DNA of 53,180 nt. It comes from Macrostomum lignano. Taxonomy: Eukaryota. The first letter of the stretch is position 1. The number at the start of each line of letters is the position of its first letter. Below are positions 1 to 14,634 of the stretch, piece by piece. The notes under the pieces are model-generated. The model ran no database searches, was not told the origin of the DNA, and saw only the letters and a program-made list of their open reading frames with translations. The stretch spans positions 1 through 53,180 of the forward strand of contig NIVC01002380.1 in NCBI GenBank assembly GCA_002269645.1, read 5' to 3'. The translations under genes were made by a program, and so were the position numbers.

Positions 1-3000
1 TTCCTGCATCCATGATAGGCTAGATTAGCAATCCATTCTATTCCTACAGGCCATGATAGGCTAGATTAGCAATCCATTCTATTCCTGCATCCATGATAGG
101 TACGATTAGCAATCATTCTATTCCTGCACCCATGATAGGCTAGATTAGCAATCCATTCTTATTCCTGCATCCATGATAGGCTAGATTAGCAATCCCATTC
201 TATTCCTGCATCGCATGATAGGCTAGATTAGCAATCCATTCTATTCCTGCATCCATGATAGGCTAGATTAGCAATCCATTCTATTCGCATCCATGATAGG
301 CTAGATTAGCAATCCATTCTATTCCTGCATCCATGATAGGCTAGATTAGCAATCCATTCTATTCCTGCACCCATGATAGGCTAGATTAGCAATCCATTCT
401 ATTCCTGCATCCATGATAGGCTAGATTAGCAATCCATTCTATTCCTGCATCCATGATAGGCTAGATTAGCAATCCATTCTATTCCTGCATCCATGATAGG
501 CTAGATTAGCAATCCCATTCTATTCCTGCAGCCATGATAGGCTAGATTAGCAATCCATTCTATTCCTGCATGCCATGATAGGCTAGATTAGCAATCCATT
601 CTATTCCTGCAGCCATGATAGGCTAGATTAGCAATCCATTCTATTCTGCACCATGATAGGCTAGATTAGCAATCCATTCTATTCCTGCACCATGATAGGC
701 TAGATTAGCAATCCATTCTATTCCTGCATCCATGATAGGCTAGATTAGCAATCCATTCTATTCCTGCACCATGATAGGCTAGATTAGCAATCCATTCTAT
801 TCCTGCATCCATGATAGGCTAGATTAGCAATCCATTCTATTCCTGCATCCATGATAGGCTAGATTAGCAATCCATTCTATTCCTGCACCCATGATAGGCT
901 AGATTAGCAATCCATTCTATTCCTGCATCCATGATAGGCTAGATTAGCAATCCATCTTTCCTGCACCATGATAGGCTAGATTAGCAATCCATTCTATTCC
1001 TGCATCCATGATAGGCTAGATTAGCAATCCATTCTATTCCTGCATCCATGATAGGCTAGATTAGCAATCCATTCTATTCCTGCACCCATGATAGGCTAGA
1101 TTAGCAATCCATTCTATCCTGCATCCATGATAGGCTAGATTAGCAATCCATTCTATTCCTGCAGCCATGATAGGCTAGATTAGCAATCCATTCTATTCCT
1201 GCATCCATGATAGGCTAGATTAGCAATCCATTCTATTCCTCACCATGATAGGCTAGATTAGCAATCCATTCTATTCCTGCATCCATGATAGGCTAGATTA
1301 GCAATCCATTCTATTCCTGCATCCATGATAGGCTAGATTAGCAATCCATTCTATTCCTGCATCCATGATAGGCTAGATTAGCAATCCATTCTATTCCTGC
1401 ATCCATGATAGGCTAGATTAGCAATCCATTCTATTCCTGCATCCATGATAGGCTAGATTAGCAATCCATTCTATTCCTGCACCATGATAGGCTAGATTAG
1501 CAATCCATTCTATTCCTGCATCCATGATAGGCTAGATTAGCAATCCATTCTATTCCTGCACCATGATAGGCTAGATTAGCAATCCATTCTATTCCTGCAT
1601 CCATGATAGGCTAGATTAGCAATCCATTCTATTCCTGCAATCCATGATAGGCTAGATTAGCAATCCATTCTATTCCTGCACCATGATAGGCTAGATTAGC
1701 AATCCATTCTATTCCTGCATCCATGATAGGCTAGATTAGCAATCCATTCTATTCCTGCATCCATGATAGGCTAGATTAGCAATCCATTCTATTCCTGCAT
1801 CCATGATAGGCTAGATTAGCAATCCATTCTATTCCTGCATCCATGATAGGCTAGATTAGCAATCCATTCTATTCCTGCATCCATGATAGGCTAGATTAGC
1901 AATCCATTCTATTCCTGCATCCATGATAGGCTAGATTAGCAATCCATTCTATTCCTGCACCATGATAGGCTAGATTAGCAATCCATTCTATTCCTGCATC
2001 CATGATAGGCTAGATTAGCAATCCATTCTATTCCTGCATCCATGATAGGCTAGATTAGCAATCCATTCTATTCCTGCACCATGATAGGCTAGATTAGCAA
2101 TCCATTCTATTCCTGCATCCATGATAGGCTAGATTAGCAATCCATTCTATTCCTGCACCCATGATAGGCTAGATTAGCATCCATGATAGGCTAGATTAGC
2201 AATCCATTCTATTCCTGCACCCATGATAGGCTAGATTAGCAATCCATTCTATTCCTGCATCCATGATAGGCTAGATTAGCAATCCATTCTATTCCTGCAT
2301 CCATGATAGGCTAGATTAGCAATCCATGATAGGCTAGATTAGCAATCCATTCTATTCCTGCACCATGATAGGCTAGATTAGCAATCCATTCTATTCCTGC
2401 ATCCATGATAGGCTAGATTAGCAATCCATTCTATTCCTGCATCCCATGATAGGCTAGATTAGCAATCCATGATCGGCTGATTAGCAATCCATTATTCCTG
2501 CACCATGATAGGCTAGATTAGCAATCCATTCTATTCCTGCATCCATGATAGGCTAGATTAGCAATCCATTCTATTCCTGCACCATGATAGGCTAGATTAG
2601 CAATCCATGATCGGCTGGATTAGCAATCCATTCTATTCCTGCACCCATGATAGGCTAGATTAGCAATCCATTCTATTCCTGCATCCATGATAGGCTAGAT
2701 TAGCAATCCATTCTATTCCTGCACCCATGATAGGCTAGATTAGCAATCCATTCTATTCCTGCATCCATGATAGGCTAGATTAGCAATCCATTCTATTCCT
2801 GCATCCATGATAGGCTAGATTAGCAATCCATTCTATTCCTGCATCCATGATAGGCTAGATTAGCAATCCATTCTATTCCTGCACCATGATAGGCTAGATT
2901 AGCAATCCATTCTATTCCTGCATCCATGATAGGCTAGATTAGCAATCCATTCTATTCCTGCATCCATGATAGGCTAGATTAGCAATCCATTCTATTCCTG

Positions 3001-6000
3001 CATCCATGATAGGCTAGATTAGCAATCCATTCTATTCCTGCATCCATGATAGGCTAGATTAGCAATCCATTCTATTCCTGCACCATGATAGGCTAGATTA
3101 GCAATCCATTCTATTCCTGCATCCATGATAGGCTAGATTAGCAATCCATTCTATTCCTGCACCTGATAGGCTAGATTAGCAATCCATGATCGCTGATTAG
3201 CAATCCATTCTATTCCTGCACCCATGATAGGCTAGATTAGCAATCCATTCTATTCCTGCATCCATGATAGGCTAGATTAGCAATCCATTCTATTCCTGCA
3301 CCCATGAGGCTAGATTAGCATCCATGATAGGCTAGATTAGCAATCCATTCTATTCCTGCACCCATGATAGGCTAGATTAGCAATCCATTCTATTCCTGCA
3401 TCCATGATAGGCTAGATTAGCAATCCATTCTATTCCTGCACCATGATAGGCTAGATTAGCAATCCATTCTATTCCTGCATCCATGATAGGCTAGATTAGC
3501 AATCCATTCTATTCCTGCATCCATGATAGGCTAGATTAGCAATCCATTCTATTCCTGCATCCATGATAGGCTAGATTAGCAATCCATTCTATTCCTGCAC
3601 CATGATAGGCTAGATTAGCAATCCATTCTATTCCTGCATCCATGATAGGCTAGATTAGCAATCCATTCTATTCCTGCATCCATGATAGGCTAGATTAGCA
3701 ATCCATGATCTGGATTAGCAATCCATTCTATTCCTGCACCCATGATAGGCTAGATTAGCAATCCATTCTATTCCTGCATCCATGATAGGCTAGATTAGCA
3801 ATCCATTCTATTCCTGCATCCATGATAGGCTAGATTAGCAATCCATTCTATTCCTGCATCCATGATAGGCTAGATTAGCAATCCATTCTATTCCTGCATC
3901 CATGATAGGCTAGATTAGCAATCCATTCTATTCCTGCATCCATGATAGGCTAGATTAGCAATCCATTCTATTCCTGCATCCATGATAGGCTAGATTAGCA
4001 ATCCATTCTATTCCTGCATCCATGATAGGCTAGATTAGCAATCCATTCTATTCCTGCATCCATGATAGGCTAGATTAGCAATCCATTCTATTCCTGCATC
4101 CATGATAGGCTAGATTAGCAATCCATTCTATTCCTGCATCCATGATAGGCTAGATTAGCAATCCATTCTATTCCTGCACCATGATAGGCTAGATTAGCAA
4201 TCCATTCTATTCCTGCATCCATGATAGGCTAGATTAGCAATCCATTCTATTCCTGCACCATGATAGGCTAGATTAGCAATCCATTCTATTCCTGCATCCA
4301 TGATAGGCTAGATTAGCAATCCATTCTATTCCTGCATCCATGATAGGCTAGATTAGCAATCCATTCTATTCCTGCATCCATGATAGGCTAGATTAGCAAT
4401 CCATTCTATTCCTGCATCCATGATAGGCTAGATTAGCAATCCATTCTATTCCTGCATCCATGATAGGCTAGATTAGCAATCCATTCTATTCCTGCACCCA
4501 TGATAGGCTAGATTAGCAATCCATTCTATTCCTGCATCCATGATAGGCTAGATTAGCAATCCATTCTATTCCTGCATCCATGATAGGCTAGATTAGCAAT
4601 CCATTCTATTCCTGCATCCATGATAGGCTAGATTAGCAATCCATTCTATTCCTGCCCATGATAGGCTAGATTAGCAATCCATTCTATTCCTGCATCCATG
4701 ATAGGCTAGATTAGCAATCCATTCTATTCCTGCATCCATGATAGGCTAGATTAGCAATCCATTCTATTCCTGCATCCATGATAGGCTAGATTAGCAATCC
4801 ATTCTATTCCTGCATCCATGATAGGCTAGATTAGCAATCCATTCTATTCCTGCATCCATGATAGGCTAGATTAGCAATCCATTCTATTCCTGCATCCATG
4901 ATAGGCTAGATTAGCAATCCATTCTATTCCTGCATCCATGATAGGCTAGATTAGCAATCCATTCTATTCCTGCATCCATGATAGGCTAGATTAGCAATCC
5001 ATTCTATTCCTGCACCATGATAGGCTAGATTAGCAATTCTATTCCTGCATCCATGATAGGCTAGATTAGCAATCCATTCTATTCCTGCATCCCATGATAG
5101 GCTAGATTAGCAATCCATTCTATTCCTACCGATAGGCTAGATTAGCAATCCATTCTATTCCTGCATCCATGATAGGCTAGATTAGCAATCCATTCTATTC
5201 CTGCACCATGATAGGCTAGATTAGCAATCCATTCTATTCCTGCATCCATGATAGGCTAGATTAGCAATCCATTCTATTCCTGCACCATGATAGGCTAGAT
5301 TAGCAATCCATTCTATTCCTGCATCCATGATAGGCTAGATTAGCAATCCATTCTATTCCTGCATCCATGATAGGCTAGATTAGCAATCCATTCTATTCCT
5401 GCATCCATGATAGGCTAGATTAGCAATCCATTCTATTCCTGCATCCATGATAGGCTAGATTAGCAATCCATTCTATTCCTGCATCCATGATAGGCTAGAT
5501 TAGCAATCCATTCTATTCCTGCATCCATGATAGGCTAGATTAGCAATCCATTCTATTCCTGCATCCATGATAGGCTAGATTAGCAATCCATTCTATTCCT
5601 GCATCCATGATAGGCTAGATTAGCAATCCATTCTATTCCTGCACCATGATAGGCTAGATTAGCAATCCATTCTATTCCTGCATCCATGATAGGCTAGATT
5701 AGCAATCCATTCTATTCCTGCATCCATGATAGGCTAGATTAGCAATCCATTCTATTCCTGCATCCATGATAGGCTAGATTAGCAATCCATTCTATTCCTG
5801 CACCATGATAGGCTAGATTAGCAATCCATTCTATTCCTGCATCCATGATAGGCTAGATTAGCAATCCATTCTATTCCTGCATCATGATAGGCTAGATTAG
5901 CAATCCATTCTATTCCTGCATCCATGATAGGCTAGATTAGCAATCCATTCTATTCCTGCATCCATGATAGGCTAGATTAGCAATCCATTCTATTCCTGCA

Positions 6001-9000
6001 TCCATGATAGGCTAGATTAGCAATCCATTCTATTCCTGCATCCATGATAGGCTAGATTAGCAATCCATTCTATTCCTGCATCCATGATAGGCTAGATTAG
6101 CAATCCATTCTATTCCTGCATCCATGATAGGCTAGATTAGCAATCCATTCTATTCCTGCACCATGATAGGCTAGATTAGCAATCCATTCTATTCCTGCAT
6201 CCATGATAGGCTAGATTAGCAATCCATTCTATTCCTGCATCCATGATAGGCTAGATTAGCAATCCATTCTATTCCTGCATCCATGATAGGCTAGATTAGC
6301 AATCCATTCTATTCCTGCATCCATGATAGGCTAGATTAGCAATCCATTCTATTCCTGCATCCATGATAGGCTAGATTAGCAATCCATTCTATTCCTGCAT
6401 CCATGATAGGCTAGATTAGCAATCCATTCTATTCCTGCATCCATGATAGGCTAGATTAGCAATCCATGATCGGCTGATAGCAATCCATTCTATTCCTGCA
6501 CCATGATAGGCTAGATTAGCAATCCATTCTATTCCTGCATCCATGATAGGCTAGATTAGCAATCCATTCTATTCCTGCATCCATGATAGGCTAGATTAGC
6601 AATCCATGATAGGCTAGATTAGCAATCCATTCTATTCCTGCATCCATGATAGGCTAGATTAGCAATCCATTCTATTCCTGCATCCATGATAGGCTAGATT
6701 AGCAATCCATTCTATTCCTGCACCCATGATAGGCTAGATTAGCAATCCATTCTATTCCTGCATCCATGATAGGCTAGATTAGCAATCCATTCTATTCCTG
6801 CATCCATGATAGGCTAGATTAGCAATCCATTCTATTCCTGCATCCATGATAGGCTAGATTAGCAATCCATTCTATTCCTGCATCCATGATAGGCTAGATT
6901 AGCAATCCATTCGGCTGATTAGCAATCCATTCTATTCCTGCACCATGATAGGCTAGATTAGCAATCCATTCTATTCCTGCATCCATGATAGGCTAGATTA
7001 GCAATCCATTCTATTCCTGCACCATGATAGGCTAGATTAGCAATCCATGATTCGCTGATTAGCAATCCATTCTATTCCTGCACCCATGATAGGCTAGATT
7101 AGCAATCCATTCTATTCCTGCATCCATGATAGGCTAGATTAGCAATCCATTCTATTCCTGCACCATGATAGGCTAGATTAGCAATCCATTTAGCAATCCA
7201 TTCCCTGCATCCATGATAGGCTAGATTAGCAATCCATTCTATTCCTGCATCCATGATAGGCTAGATTAGCAATCCATTCTATTCCTGCATCCATGATAGG
7301 CTAGATTAGCAATCCATTCTATTCCTGCATCCATGATAGGCTAGATTAGCAATCCATTCTATTCCTGCATCCATGATAGGCTAGATTAGCAATCCATTCT
7401 ATTCCTGCATCCATGATAGGCTAGATTAGCAATCCATTCTATTCCTGCATCCATGATAGGCTAGATTAGCAATCCATTCTATTCCTGCATCCATGATAGG
7501 CTAGATTAGCAATCCATGATAGGCTGATTAGCAATCCATTCTATTCCTGCACCCATGATAGGCTAGATTAGCAATCCATTCTATTCCTGCATCCATGATA
7601 GGCTAGATTAGCAATCCATTCTATTCCTGCATCCATGATAGGCTAGATTAGCAATCCATTCTATTCCTGCATCCATGATAGGCTAGATTAGCAATCCATT
7701 CTATTCCTGCATCCATGATAGGCTAGATTAGCAATCCATTCTATTCCTGCATCCATGATAGGCTAGATTAGCAATCCATTCTATTCCTGCACCATGATAG
7801 GCTAGATTAGCAATCCATTCTATTCCTGCATCCATGATAGGCTAGATTAGCAATCCATTCTATTCCTGCACCCATGATAGGCTAGATTAGCAATCCATTC
7901 TATTCCTGCACCATGATAGGCTAGATTAGCAATCCATTCTATTCCTGCATCCATGATAGGCTAGATTAGCAATCCATTCTATTCCTGCACCATGATAGGC
8001 TAGATTAGCAATCCATTCTATTCCTGCATCCATGATAGGCTAGATTAGCAATCCATTCTATTCCTGCATCCATGATAGGCTAGATTAGCAATCCATTCTA
8101 TTCCTGCATCCATGATAGGCTAGATTAGCAATCCATTCTATTCCTGCATCCATGATAGGCTAGATTAGCAATCCATTCTATTCCTGCATCCATGATAGGC
8201 TAGATTAGCAATCCATTCTATTCCTGCATCCATGATAGGCTAGATTAGCAATCCATTCTATTCCTGCATCCATGATAGGCTAGATTAGCAATCCATTCTA
8301 TTCCTGCACCATGATAGGCTAGATTAGCAATCCATTCTATTCCTGCATCCATGATAGGCTAGATTAGCAATCCATTCTATTCCTGCACCATGATAGGCTA
8401 GATTAGCAATCCATTCTATTCCTGCATCCATGATAGGCTAGATTAGCAATCCATTCTATTCCTGCATCCATGATAGGCTAGATTAGCAATCCATTCTATT
8501 CCTGCATCCATGATAGGCTAGATTAGCAATCCATTCTATTCCTGCATCCATGATAGGCTAGATTAGCAATCCATTCTATTCCTGCATCCATGATAGGCTA
8601 GATTAGCAATCCATTCTATTCCTGCATCCATGATAGGCTAGATTAGCAATCCATTCTATTCCTGCACCATGATAGGCTAGATTAGCAATCCATTCTATTC
8701 CTGCATCCATGATAGGCTAGATTAGCAATCCATTCTATTCCTGCATCCATGATAGGCTAGATTAGCAATCCATTCTATTCCTGCATCCATGATAGGCTAG
8801 ATTAGCAATCCATTCTATTCCTGCATCCATGATAGGCTAGATTAGCAATCCATTCTATTCCTGCATCCATGATAGGCTAGATTAGCAATCCATTCTATTC
8901 CTGCATCCATGATAGGCTAGATTAGCAATCCATTCTATTCCTGCACCCATGATAGGCTAGATTAGCAATCCATTCTATTCCTGCATCCATGATAGGCTAG

Positions 9001-12000
9001 ATTAGCAATCCATTCTATTCCTGCATCCATGATAGGCTAGATTAGCAATCCATTCTATTCCTGCATCCATGATAGGCTAGATTAGCAATCCATTCTATTC
9101 CTGCATCCATGATAGGCTAGATTAGCAATCCATTCTATTCCTGCATCCATGATAGGCTAGATTAGCAATCCATTCTATTCCTGCACCATGATAGGCTAGA
9201 TTAGCAATCCATTCTATTCCTGCATCCATGATAGGCTAGATTAGCAATCCATTCTATTCCTGCATCCATGATAGGCTAGATTAGCAATCCATTCTATTCC
9301 TGCATCCATGATAGGCTAGATTAGCAATCCATTCTATTCCTGCATCCATGATAGGCTAGATTAGCAATCCATTCTATTCCTGCATCCATGATAGGCTAGA
9401 TTAGCAATCCATTCTATTCCTGCATCCATGATAGGCTAGATTAGCAATCCATTCTATTCCTGCATCCATGATAGGCTAGATTAGCAATCCATTCTATTCC
9501 TGCATCCATGATAGGCTAGATTAGCAATCCATTCTATTCCTGCACCATGATAGGCTAGATTAGCAATCCATTCTATTCCTGCATCCATGATAGGCTAGAT
9601 TAGCAATCCATTCTATTCCTGCATCCATGATAGGCTAGATTAGCAATCCATTCTATTCCTGCATCCATGATAGGCTAGATTAGCAATCCATTCTATTCCT
9701 GCATCCATGATAGGCTAGATTAGCAATCCATTCTATTCCTGCATCCATGATAGGCTAGATTAGCAATCCATTCTATTCCTGCACCATGATAGGCTAGATT
9801 AGCAATCCATTCTATTCCTGCATCCATGATAGGCTAGATTAGCAATCCATTCTATTCCTGCATCCATGATAGGCTAGATTAGCAATCCATGATAGGCTAG
9901 ATTAGCAATCCATTCTATTCCTGCATCCATGATAGGCTAGATTAGCAATCCATTCTATTCCTGCATCCATGATAGGCTAGATTAGCAATCCATTCTATTC
10001 CTGCATCCATGATAGGCTAGATTAGCAATCCATTCTATTCCTGCACCCATGATAGGCTAGATTAGCAATCCATTCTATTCCTGCATCCATGATAGGCTAG
10101 ATTAGCAATCCATTCTATTCCTGCATCCATGATAGGCTAGATTAGCAATCCATTCTATTCCTGCATCCATGATAGGCTAGATTAGCAATCCATTCTATTC
10201 CTGCATCCATGATAGGCTAGATTAGCAATCCATTCTATTCCTGCATCCATGATAGGCTAGATTAGCAATCCATTCTATTCCTGCACCCATGATAGGCTAG
10301 ATTAGCAATCCATTCTATTCCTGCATCCATGATAGGCTAGATTAGCAATCCATTCTATTCCTGCATCCATGATAGGCTAGATTAGCAATCCATTCTATTC
10401 CTGCACCATGATAGGCTAGATTAGCAATCCATGATCGGCTGGATTCGCAATCCATTCTATTCCTGCACCCATGATAGGCTAGATTAGCAATCCATTCTAT
10501 TCCTGCATCCATGATAGGCTAGATTAGCAATCCATTCTATTCCTGCATCCATGATAGGCTAGATTAGCAATCCATGATCCGGCTAGATTAGCAATCCATT
10601 CTATTCCTGCATCCATGATAGGCTAGATTAGCAATCCATTCTATTCCTGCATCCATGATAGGCTAGATTAGCAATCCATTCTATTCCTGCACCCATGATA
10701 GGCTAGATTAGCAATCCATTCTATTCCTGCATCCATGATAGGCTAGATTAGCAATCCATTCTATTCCTGCATCCATGATAGGCTAGATTAGCAATCCATT
10801 CTATTCCTGCATCCATGATAGGCTAGATTAGCAATCCATTCTATTCCTGCACCCATGATAGGCTAGATTAGCAATCCATTCTATTCCTGCATCCATGATA
10901 GGCTAGATTAGCAATCCATTCTATTCCTGCACCCATGATAGGCTAGATTAGCAATCCATTCTATTCCTGCATCCATGATAGGCTAGATTAGCAATCCATT
11001 CTATTCCTGCATCCATGATAGGCTAGATTAGCAATCCATTCTATTCCTGCACCATGATAGGCTAGATTAGCAATCCATTCTATTCCTGCATCCATGATAG
11101 GCTAGATTAGCAATCCATTCTATTCCTGCACCATGATAGGCTAGATTAGCAATCCATGATCGGCTGATTAGCAATCCATTCTATTCCTGCACCCATGATA
11201 GGCTAGATTAGCAATCCATTCTATTCCTGCATCCATGATAGGCTAGATTAGCAATCCATTCTATTCCTGCATCCATGATAGGCTAGATTAGCAATCCATG
11301 ATAGGCTAGATTAGCAATCCATTCTATTCCTGCACCATGATAGGCTAGATTAGCAATCCATTCTATTCCTGCACCCATGATAGGCTAGATTAGCAATCCA
11401 TTCTATTCCTGCATCCATGATAGGCTAGATTAGCAATCCATTCTATTCCTGCACCCATGATAGGCTAGATTAGCAATCCATTCTATTCCTGCATCCATGA
11501 TAGGCTAGATTAGCAATCCATTCTATTCCTGCATCCATGATAGGCTAGATTAGCAATCCATTCTATTCCTGCACCATGATAGGCTAGATTAGCAATCCAT
11601 TCTATTCCTGCATCCATGATAGGCTAGATTAGCAATCCATTCTATTCCTGCATCCATGATAGGCTAGATTAGCAATCCATGATCGGCTAGATTAGCAATC
11701 CATTCTATTCCTGCATCCATGATAGGCTAGATTAGCAATCCATTCTATTCCTGCACCATGATAGGCTAGATTAGCAATCCATTCTATTCCTGCATCCATG
11801 ATAGGCTAGATTAGCAATCCATTCTATTCCTGCACCCATGATAGGCTAGATTAGCAATCCATTCTATTCCTGCATCCATGATAGGCTAGATTAGCAATCC
11901 ATTCTATTCCTGCACCATGATAGGCTAGATTAGCAATCCATTCTATTCCTGCACCATGATAGGCTAGATTAGCAATCCATTCTATTCCTGCATCCATGAT

Positions 12001-13903
12001 AGGCTAGATTAGCAATCCATTCTATTCCTGCATCCATGATAGGCTAGATTAGCAATCCATTCTATTCCTGCACCATGATAGGCTAGATTAGCAATCCATT
12101 CTATTCCTGCACCATGATAGGCTAGATTAGCAATCCATTCTATTCCTGCATCCATGATAGGCTAGATTAGCAATCCATTCTATTCCTGCACCCATGATAG
12201 GCTAGATTAGCAATCCATTCTATTCCTGCACCATGATAGGCTAGATTAGCAATCCATTCTATTCCTGCATCCATGATAGGCTAGATTAGCAATCCATTCT
12301 ATTCCTGCACCATGATAGGCTAGATTAGCAATCCATTCTATTCCTGCATCCATGATAGGCTAGATTAGCAATCCATTCTATTCCTGCATCCATGATAGGC
12401 TAGATTAGCAATCCATTCTATTCCTGCACCATGATAGGCTAGATTAGCAATCCATTCTATTCCTGCACCATGATAGGCTAGATTAGCAATCCATTCTATT
12501 CCTGCACCATGATAGGCTAGATTAGCAATCCATTCTATTCCTGCACCATGATAGGCTAGATTAGCAATCCATTCTATTCCTGCACCCATGATAGGCTAGA
12601 TTAGCAATCCATTCTATTCCTGCATCCATGATAGGCTAGATTAGCAATCCATTCTATTCCTGCACCCATGATAGGCTAGATTAGCAATCCATTCTATTCC
12701 TGCACCCATGATAGGCTAGATTAGCAATCCATTCTATTCCTGCATCCATGATAGGCTAGATTAGCAATCCATTCTATTCCTGCACCCATGATAGGCTAGA
12801 TTAGCAATCCATTCTATTCCTGCATCCATGATAGGCTAGATTAGCAATCCATTCTATTCCTGCACCATGATAGGCTAGATTAGCAATCCATTCTATTCCT
12901 GCACCATGATAGGCTAGATTAGCAATCCATTCTATTCCTGCACCATGATAGGCTAGATTAGCAATCCATTCTATTCCTGCACCCATGATAGGCTAGATTA
13001 GCAATCCATTCTATTCCTGCATCCATGATAGGCTAGATTAGCAATCCATTCTATTCCTGCACCCATGATAGGCTAGATTAGCAATCCATTCTATTCCTGC
13101 ATCCATGATAGGCTAGATTAGCAATCCATTCTATTCCTACACCCATGATAGGCTAGATTAGCAATCCATTCTATTCCTGCATCCATGATAGGCTAGATTA
13201 GCAATCCATTCTATTCCTGCATCCATGATAGGCTAGATTAGCAATCCATTCTATTCCTGCACCCATGATAGGCTAGATTAGCAATCCATTCTATTCCTGC
13301 ATCCATGATAGGCTAGATTAGCAATCCATTCTATTCCTGCATCCATGATAGGCTAGATTAGCAATCCATTCTATTCCTGCATCCATGATAGGCTAGATTA
13401 GCAATCCATTCTATTCCTGCATCCATGATAGGCTAGATTAGCAATCCATTCTATTCCTGCATCCATGATAGGCTAGATTAGCAATCCATTCTATTCCTGC
13501 ACCCATGATAGGCTAGATTAGCAATCCATTCTATTCCTGCATCCATGATAGGCTAGATTAGCAATCCATTCTATTCCTGCATCCATGATAGGCTAGATTA
13601 GCAATCCATTCTATTCCTGCACCCATGATAGGCTAGATTAGCAATCCATTCTATTCCTGCATCCATGATAGGCTAGATTAGCAATCCATTCTATTCCTGC
13701 ACCATGATAGGCTAGATTAGCAATCCATTCTATTCCTGCACCATGATAGGCTAGATTAGCAATCCATTCTATTCCTGCACCCATGATAGGCTAGATTAGC
13801 AATCCATTCTATTCCTGCATGATAGGCTAGATTAGCAATCCGCAATCCGCAGCTATTCCTGCATCCATGATAGGCTACATTAGCAATCCGCTCTATGCCT
13901 GCA
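1..13903 (+). repeat. 40-bp satellite array, roughly 345 monomers
   Basis: Monomer CCATGATAGGCTAGATTAGCAATCCATTCTATTCCTGCA(T/C) repeated head-to-tail; 39-bp and 23-bp variants are interspersed; last monomers are degenerate (13810-13903). The left end runs off the window. Confidence 0.99.
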
Positions 13904-13963
13904 GCTGAAACTGCTGTGCAATGATCACTAAAATGAATATTTGAGGTCCCCAGAGCCCCAGCC

Positions 13964-14593
13964 TCATCGCCAGCGCACTGCCCCGTTCCTGACGCTGCCC
14001 TCCGACTGTCTCTGCGGCTGCAGCGTCGTCGGCGTGGCGGGCCCGAGAGCCAGCGGAGCCGCCGCAGCCCCATCAGCCACCGTGAGGCCACCGGGCAGCT
14101 CGTTGACCGCGGCGGTGTCTTCGGTCTCGCCGACGCGGTGCCAGGCGGTGACGGAGGGCAGCAGGAGGCCGGCCGCGGTCAGCAGGCCGCCGAGACCAAA
14201 GACTCCGAGGGCAGCGTAGCCGGCGAGCTCCAGGCGGCGATTCCACTCGGCGTTCTCCGGCCGGCGCCGGAGCCCGATGACGCCGTGTCGGTCGCCTTCG
14301 CTGCTGGGCGTCTCGACCAGCGCCGGCCGCCGGGGTGCCAGCTGGACCCCGACAAGGCTGGCAGCGCCCAGCAGCAGCAGGAGGGCGCCGGACCAGAGCA
14401 TCGCCTGCCACAGGCGCGTCGATCGACAGCCGCCACTGGCGCCGTGGCGCACCGGCGCTGGCAGCAGCCGCTCGGACTTCGCCGACTTCAACGGCTCGAA
14501 TTGGCCGCAGTTGGTCGGCAGCTGCTCGGCCGGCTCGTAGAAGCTGCCCAGATGAGACACGATCAGCGGCCGCCGGTGCGCCGAGTTCGACAT
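13964..14593 (-). CDS. Neurensin-like two-TM vesicle membrane protein (209 aa, single coding exon)
   Basis: N-terminal SHLGSFYE resembles neurensin SYLHQFYE; TM1 LWQAMLWSGALLLLLGAASLVGVQLAP; loop NAEWNRRLE resembles AVQFNSALD; TM2 AALGVFGLGGLLTAAGLLL. Family match is from memory. Confidence 0.7.
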   Translation of the reverse strand: MSNSAHRRPLIVSHLGSFYEPAEQLPTNCGQFEPLKSAKSERLLPAPVRHGASGGCRSTRLWQAMLWSGALLLLLGAASLVGVQLAPRRPALVETPSSEGDRHGVIGLRRRPENAEWNRRLELAGYAALGVFGLGGLLTAAGLLLPSVTAWHRVGETEDTAAVNELPGGLTVADGAAAAPLALGPATPTTLQPQRQSEGSVRNGAVRWR

Positions 14594-14634
14594 GCTGGGC
14601 GGTGTCGGCTTCTAGCCAGAAGAGATTCCCAAAG

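Noticed and set aside
12365-12986. ORFs (GAGIEWIANLAYH)n
   Set aside because: They arise only where 39-bp monomers (CCC to CC, possibly homopolymer errors) run consecutively; not genes.
1-13903. CRISPR array or telomere
   Set aside because: Monomers abut with no unique spacers, there are no cas genes, the context is eukaryotic, and the unit is not a TTAGGG-type repeat.
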